Below, piece by piece: positions 45,349 to 54,493 of a stretch of DNA of 64,000 nucleotides. Position 1 is the first letter of the stretch. Each line of letters opens with the position of its first letter. The notes below the pieces were generated by a model. It was given only the letters and a program-made list of their open reading frames with translations, ran no database searches and was not told where the DNA came from. Origin of the DNA: Tepidisphaerales bacterium (GTDB lineage: Bacteria > Planctomycetota > Phycisphaerae > Tepidisphaerales > Tepidisphaeraceae); assembly GCA_038329845.1 (NCBI GenBank), contig JBBQNJ010000012.1:1-64000 (forward strand), given 5' to 3'. The translations under genes were made by a program, and so were the position numbers.

Positions 45349-46365
45349 TCACACGCGCACGGGGACGCGCTTGCCGGCGCGGGCGGATTCCATGGCGGCG
45401 AAGACCATGGCCAGGCTCTTGATGTTGTCGTGGCACTCGCCGTTGGGCGTGGCACCGGTTTTCAGGGCGTTGAGGAAATCACGGATCGACCCGGCGATTC
45501 CCGACGGGGCATTGGCCGGCTCACGGGTCAGGCGCTCGGTCTTGGGCATGAAACCGCCCGGCTCGATCACTCGGTCGGCGATGGGATCCGCAGCGCCATC
45601 CCAGGTCGCGGTGCCGTTGGGGCCGACGGCACGCCATTCCGATTCCCAACTGGTGTGCAGTCCATCGCTGCACCAGCTTCCGCGATAGGTGTAGCGCAGG
45701 CCGCCGGTCATCTCGAAAATGGCCGTGGCGCAGGCGTCGCCCTTGTACCAGCTCCAGGAGGGGTTGAACTCCTCGCAGTAGACGTTGATCGGATCGGCAC
45801 CGCAGAGGTAGCGGGCGGCATCGAGGGTATGGATGGCCATGTCGAGCATGAGAGGGCTGGGCATTTCATCGCGGAACCCGCCGAAATGAGCGCCGATGTA
45901 GAAGTCGCTGTTGAGGATTCCCAGCGGTCCGACATGATCGATGATCAGTTGTCGCAAGGCATGGAGTTTGGTGTTATAGCGCCGGCTCTGGCTGACGATG
46001 TAGAGTTTTCCAGAGCGCTCGGCGGCCTGGACCATGGCGCGGGCGTGTTCCATCGAGTCGGCCATTGGCTTTTCGCCGATCACCGGGACGCCCGCGGCCA
46101 GTGCCGCCAGCGTCACGTCGTGATGGGCCTCGGGGATCGTCACATCCACGACGAAATCGGGACGAAGCTCGGTGAGCATTTTCGGGTAGTCGGTGCCGGT
46201 GGCCACGCCGGTTATTTCCAGCTTGGCCGCGGCCTGTTCGGCCTGGCCGGGTTTGATGTCCACCCAGCCGGCGAGCTGTACCTGGTCAAAGTCGCGCAGG
46301 TTCTTGGCCCACGACTGTCCCATGCCGCCCGCGCCTACCAGTAACGCCCGAAGTTGTTGAGCCAT
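45349..46365 (-). CDS. Gfo/Idh/MocA-family NAD(P)-dependent oxidoreductase.
   Basis: N-terminal Rossmann LRALLVGAGGMGQSWA, conserved EKP motif (VIGEKPMA), C-terminal alpha/beta domain. Confidence 0.8.
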   Translation of the reverse strand: MAQQLRALLVGAGGMGQSWAKNLRDFDQVQLAGWVDIKPGQAEQAAAKLEITGVATGTDYPKMLTELRPDFVVDVTIPEAHHDVTLAALAAGVPVIGEKPMADSMEHARAMVQAAERSGKLYIVSQSRRYNTKLHALRQLIIDHVGPLGILNSDFYIGAHFGGFRDEMPSPLMLDMAIHTLDAARYLCGADPINVYCEEFNPSWSWYKGDACATAIFEMTGGLRYTYRGSWCSDGLHTSWESEWRAVGPNGTATWDGAADPIADRVIEPGGFMPKTERLTREPANAPSGIAGSIRDFLNALKTGATPNGECHDNIKSLAMVFAAMESARAGKRVPVRV

Positions 46366-46410
46366 TGTCGAACCTTTCAATCGTTTTGGAAAATCGAGTC
46401 TCGCCGGCGT

Positions 46411-46884
46411 TCACAAGCCCGGATCAACCCGCGCTGCGGCATGAAGATCGGTGCCCGGGGGATAGCTCGCCTTGATCCCGGTGCTGGCCGCGGATCGCAC
46501 CCAATCGAGGTATCCGAATCGCCACAGGTAGGCGAATCCGACCATCAGCACGCCGAAAAAGAAGAGCATGTCGATAATCGCCACCTGGCGCAGTTGCCAG
46601 GCCCCGAGGATCGATCCCACTTCGCCGGCCGATCCGTAGGCGACGGCCCAGGGATAGAACAGCGCGACTTCGACATCGAAGATCAGGTAGACCAGGGCCA
46701 CGATGTAAAAGCGCAGGTCGAACTGGACCCAGCTCGAGCCGATGGCGGGCTCGCCGCATTCGTAGACGCTGAGTTTCTCGGCATGGGGCAATCGCGGTCG
46801 CAGCAGGCTGCCGGCGACCATGTTCAGCAGGACGAACCCCGCGCCCAGCGCGACGAAGAGGGTGATTGACAAAAGCAGTTCCAT
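46411..46884 (-). CDS. nuoA: NADH-quinone oxidoreductase subunit A, encoded alone here without nuoB-N.
   Basis: Three TM helices. Conserved ECGEP and FDVEVALFYPWA blocks of NuoA/ND3. Confidence 0.8.
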   Translation of the reverse strand: MELLLSITLFVALGAGFVLLNMVAGSLLRPRLPHAEKLSVYECGEPAIGSSWVQFDLRFYIVALVYLIFDVEVALFYPWAVAYGSAGEVGSILGAWQLRQVAIIDMLFFFGVLMVGFAYLWRFGYLDWVRSAASTGIKASYPPGTDLHAAARVDPGL

Positions 46885-47054
46885 GGCGTGCTAGAGCCTA
46901 CGCCAAGGTGGGCGGGGCGACAAGGGCAACGGGCCTCGGGCCAACGTGAGGCCCAGGGCTAATGCATGTAGATTTTCACCCTTTCTTGGGCGTTTCAGGC
47001 ATAGCGGGCTTTTCGGGCTTTAGGCCGCGAACCAGGGTTTCCAAGGCGTACTCG

Positions 47055-47185
47055 GTGGGAAAGAAAACAGGACATGGTTGAAGTAAGAACACACGTTCAA
47101 ACCCCCGCTTACTTCGTGCGCGGCTCATTCACGCGCCGTGGAGAAAGAAAAAGGGACATTTCAAACCCTCCGCCCCCGCGGTCGG
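47055..47185. promoter_or_regulatory. Two ~45-bp direct repeats (GAAAGAAAAnAGGGACAT…TTCAAACCC) in the divergent nuoA / nucleotidyltransferase promoter region.
   Basis: gggaaagaaaacaggacatggttgaagtaagaacacacgttcaaaccc versus ggagaaagaaaaagggacatttcaaaccc. Confidence 0.4.
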
Positions 47186-47314
47186 CCACGCAAGGAGTCA
47201 AAATGAGAAATGTCCCCGTTCTTCAAGCCCTGCGGTCGGGTGGCCGGCGCGTCCGTCGGGGGGGGCGGGGAATTTCTCTTCTTGACCGAGGGGCATTGGC
47301 AGTACAATGGGGCG

Positions 47315-48553
47315 ATGCATGTCGTGATCTTCGAGGGTTCGCATTGGAAAACGTTCGCGCCGCTGGCGCTGGGGCGGCCGGTGTTCATGCTCGCCAGCGG
47401 GATGTCCACGCTGCTGGACAAGGCGCTGCGGGCGCTGAATCCATCTCGGGTTTCGCTGTGGGTGCGGCCGCAGCTCGAGGAGTTCACCCGGCAGCGGATC
47501 GCGCCGCATTTGAAGGTGCCGGTGACGGTCAATCAGCCGCTGGATGACGAACCGGCGATCGTCACCAGCGGGCGGGTTTTGCATTTTCGCAAGGCGAATC
47601 TCCCGGATGAGCCGTGGGCCATTATCGAGGATGAGCGGCTGGTCCGCATGGCCTGGGTGAAAAGCCCGGGCCTGTCCCCGGCGGATGTGCTGGAGCGCAG
47701 TGAGGCGTGGCTGAAGATCATCGAACAGCCGCGGATCGAGCCGCAGGCGCGGATGGTCGATTCGATCTGGGACCTGGTTCACTGGAACGAAGAGTCGTTG
47801 ATCCAGGACATCACCACCACGCTGAAAGGCAAGCCGTCGGACAAGCCGGCGGGGGCCTATCACCTTCTCAACGCCGATGAGGTCTGGCTGGGCGAACGGG
47901 TGAAGCTCGAGCCGGGCGTGGTGCTGGATGCGTCCAAGGGCGCGGTGGTCATCTCGAATGATGTGTCGATCGGCGCTAATTCGGTGATCCAGGGGCCGTG
48001 TTTCCTGGGCCCGGCATGCCAGATCACTCCGCTGACGCTGCTGCGCCCGGGGGTGAGCGCGGGCAACCTCTGCAAGCTCGGGGGAGAGATCTCCAACTCG
48101 ATTTTCTTCGGGTATTCCAACAAGGCTCACGCGGGATTCGTCGGCGACAGCTATATCGGCAAATGGGTCAACCTGGGTGCCGGCACCACGACCAGCAATC
48201 TAAAGAACACCTACGGCGAGATTTCCGTGCAGATCGGGTCGCGCACGATTCCGACGGGAAGGCGGTTCCTCGGATCGCTGATCGGCGACCATTCCAAGAC
48301 GGCGATCGGAACACGGCTGATGGCCGGAAGCTATGTGGGATTCGGCTCGATGATCTCGACCAGCGCTCCGTCGCCAAAATTCGTGCCAAGCATGAGTTTC
48401 CTCACCGACAAGGGGATCGAGCCGTACCTGCTCGATAAGGCCGTCGAGGTGGCCAAGTACGTTTTTTCGCGCCGAGGCCGGCAATGGAACCCGATGGATG
48501 AGCAGATTCTGCGGCATGTGATGAACAGCGCCCCGGGGGTGGAAAATGCCTGA
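47315..48553 (+). CDS. Putative sugar-phosphate nucleotidyltransferase with a C-terminal left-handed beta-helix (GlmU/RmlA-like).
   Basis: N-terminal MHVVIFEGSHWKTFAPL. C-terminal hexapeptide repeats (VISNDVSIGANSVIQGPCFLG…). Start chosen at the internal ATG of the track ORF. Confidence 0.6.
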   Translation: MHVVIFEGSHWKTFAPLALGRPVFMLASGMSTLLDKALRALNPSRVSLWVRPQLEEFTRQRIAPHLKVPVTVNQPLDDEPAIVTSGRVLHFRKANLPDEPWAIIEDERLVRMAWVKSPGLSPADVLERSEAWLKIIEQPRIEPQARMVDSIWDLVHWNEESLIQDITTTLKGKPSDKPAGAYHLLNADEVWLGERVKLEPGVVLDASKGAVVISNDVSIGANSVIQGPCFLGPACQITPLTLLRPGVSAGNLCKLGGEISNSIFFGYSNKAHAGFVGDSYIGKWVNLGAGTTTSNLKNTYGEISVQIGSRTIPTGRRFLGSLIGDHSKTAIGTRLMAGSYVGFGSMISTSAPSPKFVPSMSFLTDKGIEPYLLDKAVEVAKYVFSRRGRQWNPMDEQILRHVMNSAPGVENA

Positions 48554-49331
48554 ATCCGCGGGGGATGCCCCTGCCGCGCCGGGCCGGCCGGCCGGGTCTG
48601 GCGGGTCGAGCCGATCGGCCGGCTCCGGGGGCTTGGCGGTGGCGTTGATCAGCGGCGCCGGGCGCGGGATCGGGCGGGCGACGGCGATCGAGCTGGCCGG
48701 CCACGGGTATCGCCTGGGGCTGGTGTCGCGCAGCCGGGCGGAGCTGGACAAGACGGCCGAGCGGTGCCGCGGTGAATGCCTGGCGATCGCGGCCGATGTG
48801 TCCGATCCGCGCGGCGCTGAGTCGGCGGTCGAGGCGGTGGTCGAGCGATTCGGACGGCTCGATGCGATCATCAATTGCGCCGGGATGGCCCCGCAGGCAT
48901 CGATCGAGCAAACGACGCCGCAATTGTGGCGCGACGTGATCGACGTGAACCTGTCGAGCGTCTTTTACACGGCTCATTATGGGTGGAAGTCGCTCCTGGC
49001 CGCGGGTGGGGGGGTGATCGTCAATCTTTCTTCCGAAGCGGCGCGGGATCCGTTCCCCGGGTTTGCGGCCTACGCCGCGGCCAAGGCGGGGATGCACCTG
49101 CTGGCCAAGGTGATGGCCCGCGAGGGCGCGGCGGTGAATATCCGCGTCCACACGCTGGCACCCGCGGCGGTCGAGACGGCGATGCTGCGCAAGATTCTCA
49201 CCGCCGAGCAACTTCCGGTGGACCAAACCCTCGATCCTCGCGAAATCGCCGCCGTGATCGTCCAGTGCTTGGACGGCAGCCTGTCGCCCACCAGCGGCGA
49301 AGTGATCTACCTGCACAAGACTGCTTTGTGA
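48546..49331 (+). CDS. SDR-family short-chain dehydrogenase/reductase.
   Basis: TGxxxGIG (ISGAGRGIGRA), NCAG, and catalytic YxxxK (YAAAK). Confidence 0.8.
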   Translation: MPESAGDAPAAPGRPAGSGGSSRSAGSGGLAVALISGAGRGIGRATAIELAGHGYRLGLVSRSRAELDKTAERCRGECLAIAADVSDPRGAESAVEAVVERFGRLDAIINCAGMAPQASIEQTTPQLWRDVIDVNLSSVFYTAHYGWKSLLAAGGGVIVNLSSEAARDPFPGFAAYAAAKAGMHLLAKVMAREGAAVNIRVHTLAPAAVETAMLRKILTAEQLPVDQTLDPREIAAVIVQCLDGSLSPTSGEVIYLHKTAL

Positions 49332-49569
49332 TCTGTCGGATGCTGAGTCAACGGGTTGAGCAAAGCGGGATTGCGGTGGACGGTCTTCTGGCTCCGGGTG
49401 CACCGTTCGGGGCAAGTCGCAGCTCGCTGAGCGGCTGGGCCAGCGACGATCATCATCCCATCATCTTCGTCGAGTACCCTTGTCGCTTTCCGCGTGCCCG
49501 ACTGGAAAGGTCGCGGTGCGGCGGATTGGCGGGTCGCGGGTTCTTGTGATGCCGGTGAGGAGTTAGCTT

Positions 49570-50448
49570 ATGTCTGATGCGAAGGGTGGTGAAGGGTCGG
49601 GAGACATTGATGCGCCGTTGCCCGGCACGTCGAAGACTCCCGACCCCTTCGTGGACGGCGAGCCGTTTGTGGGCGCGGCGAAGCATGTGCTGACCAAGGT
49701 TCCGGAGGTGACTCTCACCTTCTGGATCATCAAGATCCTGGCCACGACCCTGGGCGAGACCGGGGGCGATTCGGTGACGATGACGCTCGACTGGGGCTAT
49801 CTCGCGGGCACGGCGCTGTTCCTCTCGACGCTGGTTGCGCTGGTCGTGTGGCAGATCGGGGCGAAGAAGTTTCATCCTTTCTTGTATTGGGCCACGATCG
49901 TGGCCTCGACCACAGCCGGCACCACGATGGCCGACTTCTTCGATCGTTCGCTGGGCATCGGGTATCTCGGCGGCTCGCTGACGCTGCTGGCGATGCTGAT
50001 GGCAACGCTGGCGGCGTGGTATTTCACGATGGGCTCGGTCTCGGTGCGGACCGTGGTGCGGCCGGGGACCGAGGCATTCTACTGGGCCACGATCACGGTC
50101 TCGCAAACGCTGGGCACCGCACTGGGGGACTGGATCGCCGATGATACGCCTCTGGGCTTTGGGGGAGGCGCGCTGGTGTTCCTGGGCCTGATCGCCGTTG
50201 TCGCCGCACTCTACTACCGGACGCGCATCTCGCGAGTGGCGTTGTTCTGGGCCGCTTTCATCCTGACCCGTCCGCTGGGCGCGACCGTGGGCGATTTACT
50301 CGACAAGCCGGTGGCCGAAGGGGGGCTGAACTTCAGCCGGCCACTGGCCAGCGCCGTGATCGCCGTGGCGATCCTGATCTGCCTTCTGCTACTCCCGCAG
50401 CGCGCCGGCCGGCACCCCGGCCATGGGCCCGAGCAGCAGCCGGCCTGA
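49570..50448 (+). CDS. COG4705-type membrane-anchored protein with repeated LGxxxGD motifs.
   Basis: Four repeats of a TM + (T/P)LG(E/T)xxGD motif (TLGETGGD, TLGTALGD, PLGATVGD). Confidence 0.55.
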   Translation: MSDAKGGEGSGDIDAPLPGTSKTPDPFVDGEPFVGAAKHVLTKVPEVTLTFWIIKILATTLGETGGDSVTMTLDWGYLAGTALFLSTLVALVVWQIGAKKFHPFLYWATIVASTTAGTTMADFFDRSLGIGYLGGSLTLLAMLMATLAAWYFTMGSVSVRTVVRPGTEAFYWATITVSQTLGTALGDWIADDTPLGFGGGALVFLGLIAVVAALYYRTRISRVALFWAAFILTRPLGATVGDLLDKPVAEGGLNFSRPLASAVIAVAILICLLLLPQRAGRHPGHGPEQQPA

Positions 50449-50525
50449 ACGAAGAGAAACAGTCGCATGGCGGAGCAGTCGAATGTTTCGACTCCCACCC
50501 TGCGGAACATGAAAGGAGTTCCGAT

Positions 50526-50891
50526 ATGTCGAAGCGATGGATTCTGATGGCGCTGATGGCGCTGGGATTGGCCGGCACGGCGGCGTTGAGCGTGCGCGGC
50601 GCCGATGCGGCCAAGAACGATGCGCAGGAGCAGAAGAAGGAAGCCGACGAGGTGAAGGTCACGCTGGACCAACTGCCCGCCGCGGTCAAGGACACTCTGC
50701 TAAAGGAAGTCGGCAAGGGCACGATCAGCGACATCGACAAAGAAACGGAGGACGGCAAGACGATCTACGAGGCCGACGCCACCATCGACGGCAAGAATTG
50801 GGAAATCAAGATCGCCGAGGATGGCAAACTCATCAGTAAAAAGCTGGATGATGAGAAAGACGAGCATAACCAGCACGAGGACAAGAACTGA
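50526..50891 (+). CDS. Secreted PepSY-like domain protein. Lys/Glu/Asp-rich, with GC content markedly below that of neighbouring genes.
   Basis: Signal peptide. LPAAVKDTLLKEVGKGTISDIDKETEDGKTIYEADATIDGKNWEIKIAEDGKLI matches the PepSY beta-fold repeat pattern. Confidence 0.6.
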   Translation: MSKRWILMALMALGLAGTAALSVRGADAAKNDAQEQKKEADEVKVTLDQLPAAVKDTLLKEVGKGTISDIDKETEDGKTIYEADATIDGKNWEIKIAEDGKLISKKLDDEKDEHNQHEDKN

Positions 50892-50964
50892 ACGTTCGGT
50901 ATAAGTCTTTGCTAGACGGTCAGGGCCGGCGAGGCAACCGGCCTTGACCTTTCATATACTGCAA

Positions 50965-51080
50965 CACTTCAGCCGTCTGCCGCGATTCCCGTTTTGCGGC
51001 CTCAGTCAAGTTGAGTCTGTCTGCTGCCCCGCGATATCAGCCTCAGAATCAGCGTGGCGGCATTCGGCTGAAATGTTACC
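50965..51080. mobile_element. Copy 2 of the ~120-bp repeat element, immediately upstream of the response-regulator start codon.
   Basis: ~92% identity to 31724-31840. Flanking tatact / tatactct. Confidence 0.65.
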
Positions 51081-51094
51081 CCTATACTCTGTCC

Positions 51095-51769
51095 ATGCGC
51101 GTGCTTCTGATCGAGGATTCCGAGCGCTTGCAACGGTCGGTTGCGGCGGGACTTCGCGACGCCGGTTATGCCGTGGACATCGCCGGCAACGGAACACAGG
51201 GCCTGTGGAATGCTCAATCCCACGACTATGACGTGATCGTACTCGACTTGATGCTGCCGGGAATGCACGGGCTGGACGTTCTAAGGCGCTTGCGGGAGGG
51301 GGGGGCTCAGTCGCATGTGCTTGTTCTGACCGCCAAGGATACCGTCGAGGATCGCGTTCGCGGGCTGCGGTCTGGAGCCGACGACTATCTGATCAAGCCG
51401 TTTGCCTTCGATGAACTGCTGGCCCGGATTCAGGCCCTGGTCCGGCGCCGCCATGGCGAAAAGAACCCGCGGATGACCCTCGGGGCGCTGGAGATCAACG
51501 TGGCGAGCCGCGCCGTTGTCTGGCATGGAGATCCGGTCAACCTCACGTCGCGGGAGTACGCCCTGTTGGAATACCTGGCGGCGCGGCGCGGGCAGGTTGT
51601 TTCCCGCACCGAGATCGAAGCCCATATTTACGACGAACAGGCCGAACCGATGAGCAATGTCGTGGACGCAGCGATCTATGCGCTGCGGCGCAAGCTGGAA
51701 CACGCAGGCGAGCCGTCGATCATCAAGACGCGGCGGGGAATGGGCTACATACTGGACTGCGAAACGTGA
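51095..51769 (+). CDS. OmpR-family two-component response regulator.
   Basis: Receiver domain (DVIVLDLMLPGMHG, KPF) + winged-helix output (…RTEIEAHIYD…). Confidence 0.9.
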   Translation: MRVLLIEDSERLQRSVAAGLRDAGYAVDIAGNGTQGLWNAQSHDYDVIVLDLMLPGMHGLDVLRRLREGGAQSHVLVLTAKDTVEDRVRGLRSGADDYLIKPFAFDELLARIQALVRRRHGEKNPRMTLGALEINVASRAVVWHGDPVNLTSREYALLEYLAARRGQVVSRTEIEAHIYDEQAEPMSNVVDAAIYALRRKLEHAGEPSIIKTRRGMGYILDCET

Positions 51770-53211
51770 GCCGCTCGCTTCATCGTCAACTGTTCTGGCC
51801 GTTGCTGCTGGGGGTGTTGGGGGTCGGCATGGCCGCGGGACTGTTGCTGTACCTCGGGGTTCGGTCTGAATTCCTGGAGCAATTTGACGCCTCGCTCGCC
51901 GAGCAGGGGCGCTCGCTGGGTTCGTTCGTCAAGCTCACCGACGGCGGGCGCGTCGAAATGGACGTGGACGACGACCCCCTGTCGCAGTTTGCTCCCGGCC
52001 GTCATGCTGAATATTTCGAGATCTGGCTACCAGACGGGTCGGTTCTTGCGCGGTCGCCGTCGCTGGCATCTGATCACCTGCCCAGGCAAATGGCGGCACC
52101 GCAACGGCCATTGTTCAGGGACGTGCGCCTGCCGGATGGCCGACCGGGCCGGGCCATCATCATGTCGGTAGCTCCGCGGTGGGATGAGGATGATTCTCAC
52201 GGCAACGCCGCCGCCTCGGCCACGGCCCGGGCCGCCGAGGTTTCGGCCGTGCAGCTGGCGCTGGCCAGGGATCGAGAGGAATTGGACGAGGCGCTCGCCA
52301 CCTTGTTGACGGCGCTGATGCTCACGGCCGTCTTGATGTCGCTGATTGTGCCCCTGATCGTTTCGATCGTTGTCAGACGGGGACTTCGCCCGTTAAACGC
52401 CCTCGCCAGCCATGCCGCCGCGATTGATGCGGCCAGCCTGGGGTCGCGATTTGCGACGCGGGACCTGCCGGCGGAACTGACGCCGATCTGCGCGAAACTC
52501 AACGAATTGCTGCACCGCCTGGATGAGGCGTTTCAGCGCGAAAGGCGCTTCACCGCTGATGCCGCCCATGAGCTGCGCACGCCGATCGCCGAACTGCGCT
52601 CGCTTGCCGAAGTCGCCCTGCGAACAAACCCTGAGCCAGCGGCGGCGGCGGCCTACTTCCAGGATGCGCTGAATATTGCCGTGCAGATGGAGCGACTGGT
52701 GATCATGCTGCTGGGGCTGGCTCGCGGACAGGCAAAGCAACAGCAGGTCGCGCGCGAATCGTGCGATCTGGCCCAGTTGGTCAACGCAACCTGGAAGACT
52801 CTGCGGGAGCCCGCCGAGAAGCGGAGACTGCGCTTGGACATCCTCCTTCCGGAAACGGCGGAAGTGATATCCGACCGGGGCTTACTCTCGGCGGTGCTGC
52901 GGAACGTGATGTCCAACGCCGTCGATCATTCTCCGGCCGGGGGAGAAGTCGTGTGCCGATTGGAGAAGGAGGATGTCGCCTGGACTTTGGAACTGCGGAA
53001 TAGCAACGACTCGCTAACATCGGCGGACCTGGCCCATCTCGGCGAGCCGTTCTGGCGGCATTCGGCGGCCCGCGGCGACCAGGCTCACGCCGGGCTGGGG
53101 CTGGCGCTAGTCCGAAGATATTGCGATATCCTCGGGATTATTCTCCGAGTTGACCTGCCCTCACCCACGTGCTTCCGCATCGCCCTGACCGTGGGGGACG
53201 ACAAGTCGTGA
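51766..53211 (+). CDS. Sensor histidine kinase. GTG start overlapping the regulator stop.
   Basis: Two TM helices with a periplasmic domain. H-box ADAAHELRTPIAEL. HATPase_c G-boxes (GLGLALV). Confidence 0.85.
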   Translation: MSRSLHRQLFWPLLLGVLGVGMAAGLLLYLGVRSEFLEQFDASLAEQGRSLGSFVKLTDGGRVEMDVDDDPLSQFAPGRHAEYFEIWLPDGSVLARSPSLASDHLPRQMAAPQRPLFRDVRLPDGRPGRAIIMSVAPRWDEDDSHGNAAASATARAAEVSAVQLALARDREELDEALATLLTALMLTAVLMSLIVPLIVSIVVRRGLRPLNALASHAAAIDAASLGSRFATRDLPAELTPICAKLNELLHRLDEAFQRERRFTADAAHELRTPIAELRSLAEVALRTNPEPAAAAAYFQDALNIAVQMERLVIMLLGLARGQAKQQQVARESCDLAQLVNATWKTLREPAEKRRLRLDILLPETAEVISDRGLLSAVLRNVMSNAVDHSPAGGEVVCRLEKEDVAWTLELRNSNDSLTSADLAHLGEPFWRHSAARGDQAHAGLGLALVRRYCDILGIILRVDLPSPTCFRIALTVGDDKS

Positions 53212-53529
53212 CAACCCGCATCGTCGCTCAGTAGAATTGCCGGGAAGCAAAACCGGACGCGGTGAATTTCAGGCACCGTCGCCACGGTGTTCGATTGTTC
53301 CGCGGTCTTTCGCGGGAGGAAGGCCGGCGTGCCCGCGGTGTTAACAGCCGTTCCATGGCTCATCTCCATAAAAACCCCGGGTTCCAGGCCGATCAGTCCC
53401 CCCGATTATCCAATTCTTGATGCTCCCCCAAAATTCGGGCACCCCTTGGAGGAGCAACCGCGGAGTCAGCCCTACGCGCTGGGCGGGTTGGCGGCTACAC
53501 TGGGGGTTTCAACGAGCCCAGGAGACTTT

Positions 53530-54474
53530 ATGCCCGTGGACCGATCGGCACCGATCCTGCGAACCGAGAACCTGACCAAGAAGTTCGGCGATCATGTCGC
53601 GCTGGACAATCTGACCCTCACCGTGCATCGCGGGGAGGTGTTCGGCTACATCGGACCCAACGGATCGGGAAAGACCACCACGTTTCGAATCCTCTGCGGA
53701 TTGCTCGATGCCACCAGCGGCAAGGCGATCGTCGCCGACCAGCTCGTCACCGGCAATAAGGACATGATCAAGCGCAAGGTCGGTTATCTGCCCGACAACT
53801 TCGGGGTCTATCCCACCTTGCGGGTCTGGGAATACCTCGACTTCTTCGCCGCCGCCTATCGAATTCCTTCCAAGCAGCGCACGGGTCGGATCGATGAGTG
53901 TCTGAACATCGCCAACGCGATGGAATTCCGCGACAAGCTGATGGGCGCGCTCAGCCGCGGGATGAAGCAGCGCGTCGGCATCGCCAAGACGCTGCTGCAC
54001 GATCCGGCGGTGCTGATCCTGGATGAACCGGCGGCCACGATCGACCCGCGAGCCCGCATCCAGATGCGCCGGCTGCTGCGCGATCTGGCCGACTTGGGCA
54101 AGGCGGTGCTGGTCTCGTCGCACATCCTGCCGGAATTGGCCGATGTGTGCGACACGGTGGGGATTCTCCAGGCCGGTAAGCTGGTCGCGTGCGGGCAGGT
54201 GCAGGAGATTCTTCGGACGGTTCAGCAGCGTCGGGTGATGGAGATCGGGGTGCTGGGCCTCGCCGCCGAGGCCCGCGCGGCGCTGGCCGCGGCACCGGGG
54301 GAGTGGCAGGCGGTGAGCGGCGCCGACGACAATGCCCTGCGCTATGAAGTGCAGGCCGACGAGCAACAGCTCGCCCAGACGCTGCAACTGCTGCTGAAGC
54401 GCGGGATTCCCGTGGTCAGTTTCCACGAGGCCCCGGCGGATCTTGAGGATGTGTTCATGACCCTGACCCAGTAG
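53530..54474 (+). CDS. ABC transporter ATP-binding protein.
   Basis: Walker A GPNGSGKTTT, signature LSRGMKQRV, Walker B ILDEP. Confidence 0.9.
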   Translation: MPVDRSAPILRTENLTKKFGDHVALDNLTLTVHRGEVFGYIGPNGSGKTTTFRILCGLLDATSGKAIVADQLVTGNKDMIKRKVGYLPDNFGVYPTLRVWEYLDFFAAAYRIPSKQRTGRIDECLNIANAMEFRDKLMGALSRGMKQRVGIAKTLLHDPAVLILDEPAATIDPRARIQMRRLLRDLADLGKAVLVSSHILPELADVCDTVGILQAGKLVACGQVQEILRTVQQRRVMEIGVLGLAAEARAALAAAPGEWQAVSGADDNALRYEVQADEQQLAQTLQLLLKRGIPVVSFHEAPADLEDVFMTLTQ

Positions 54475-54493
54475 GTTTTCTTGCCCCGATGCC

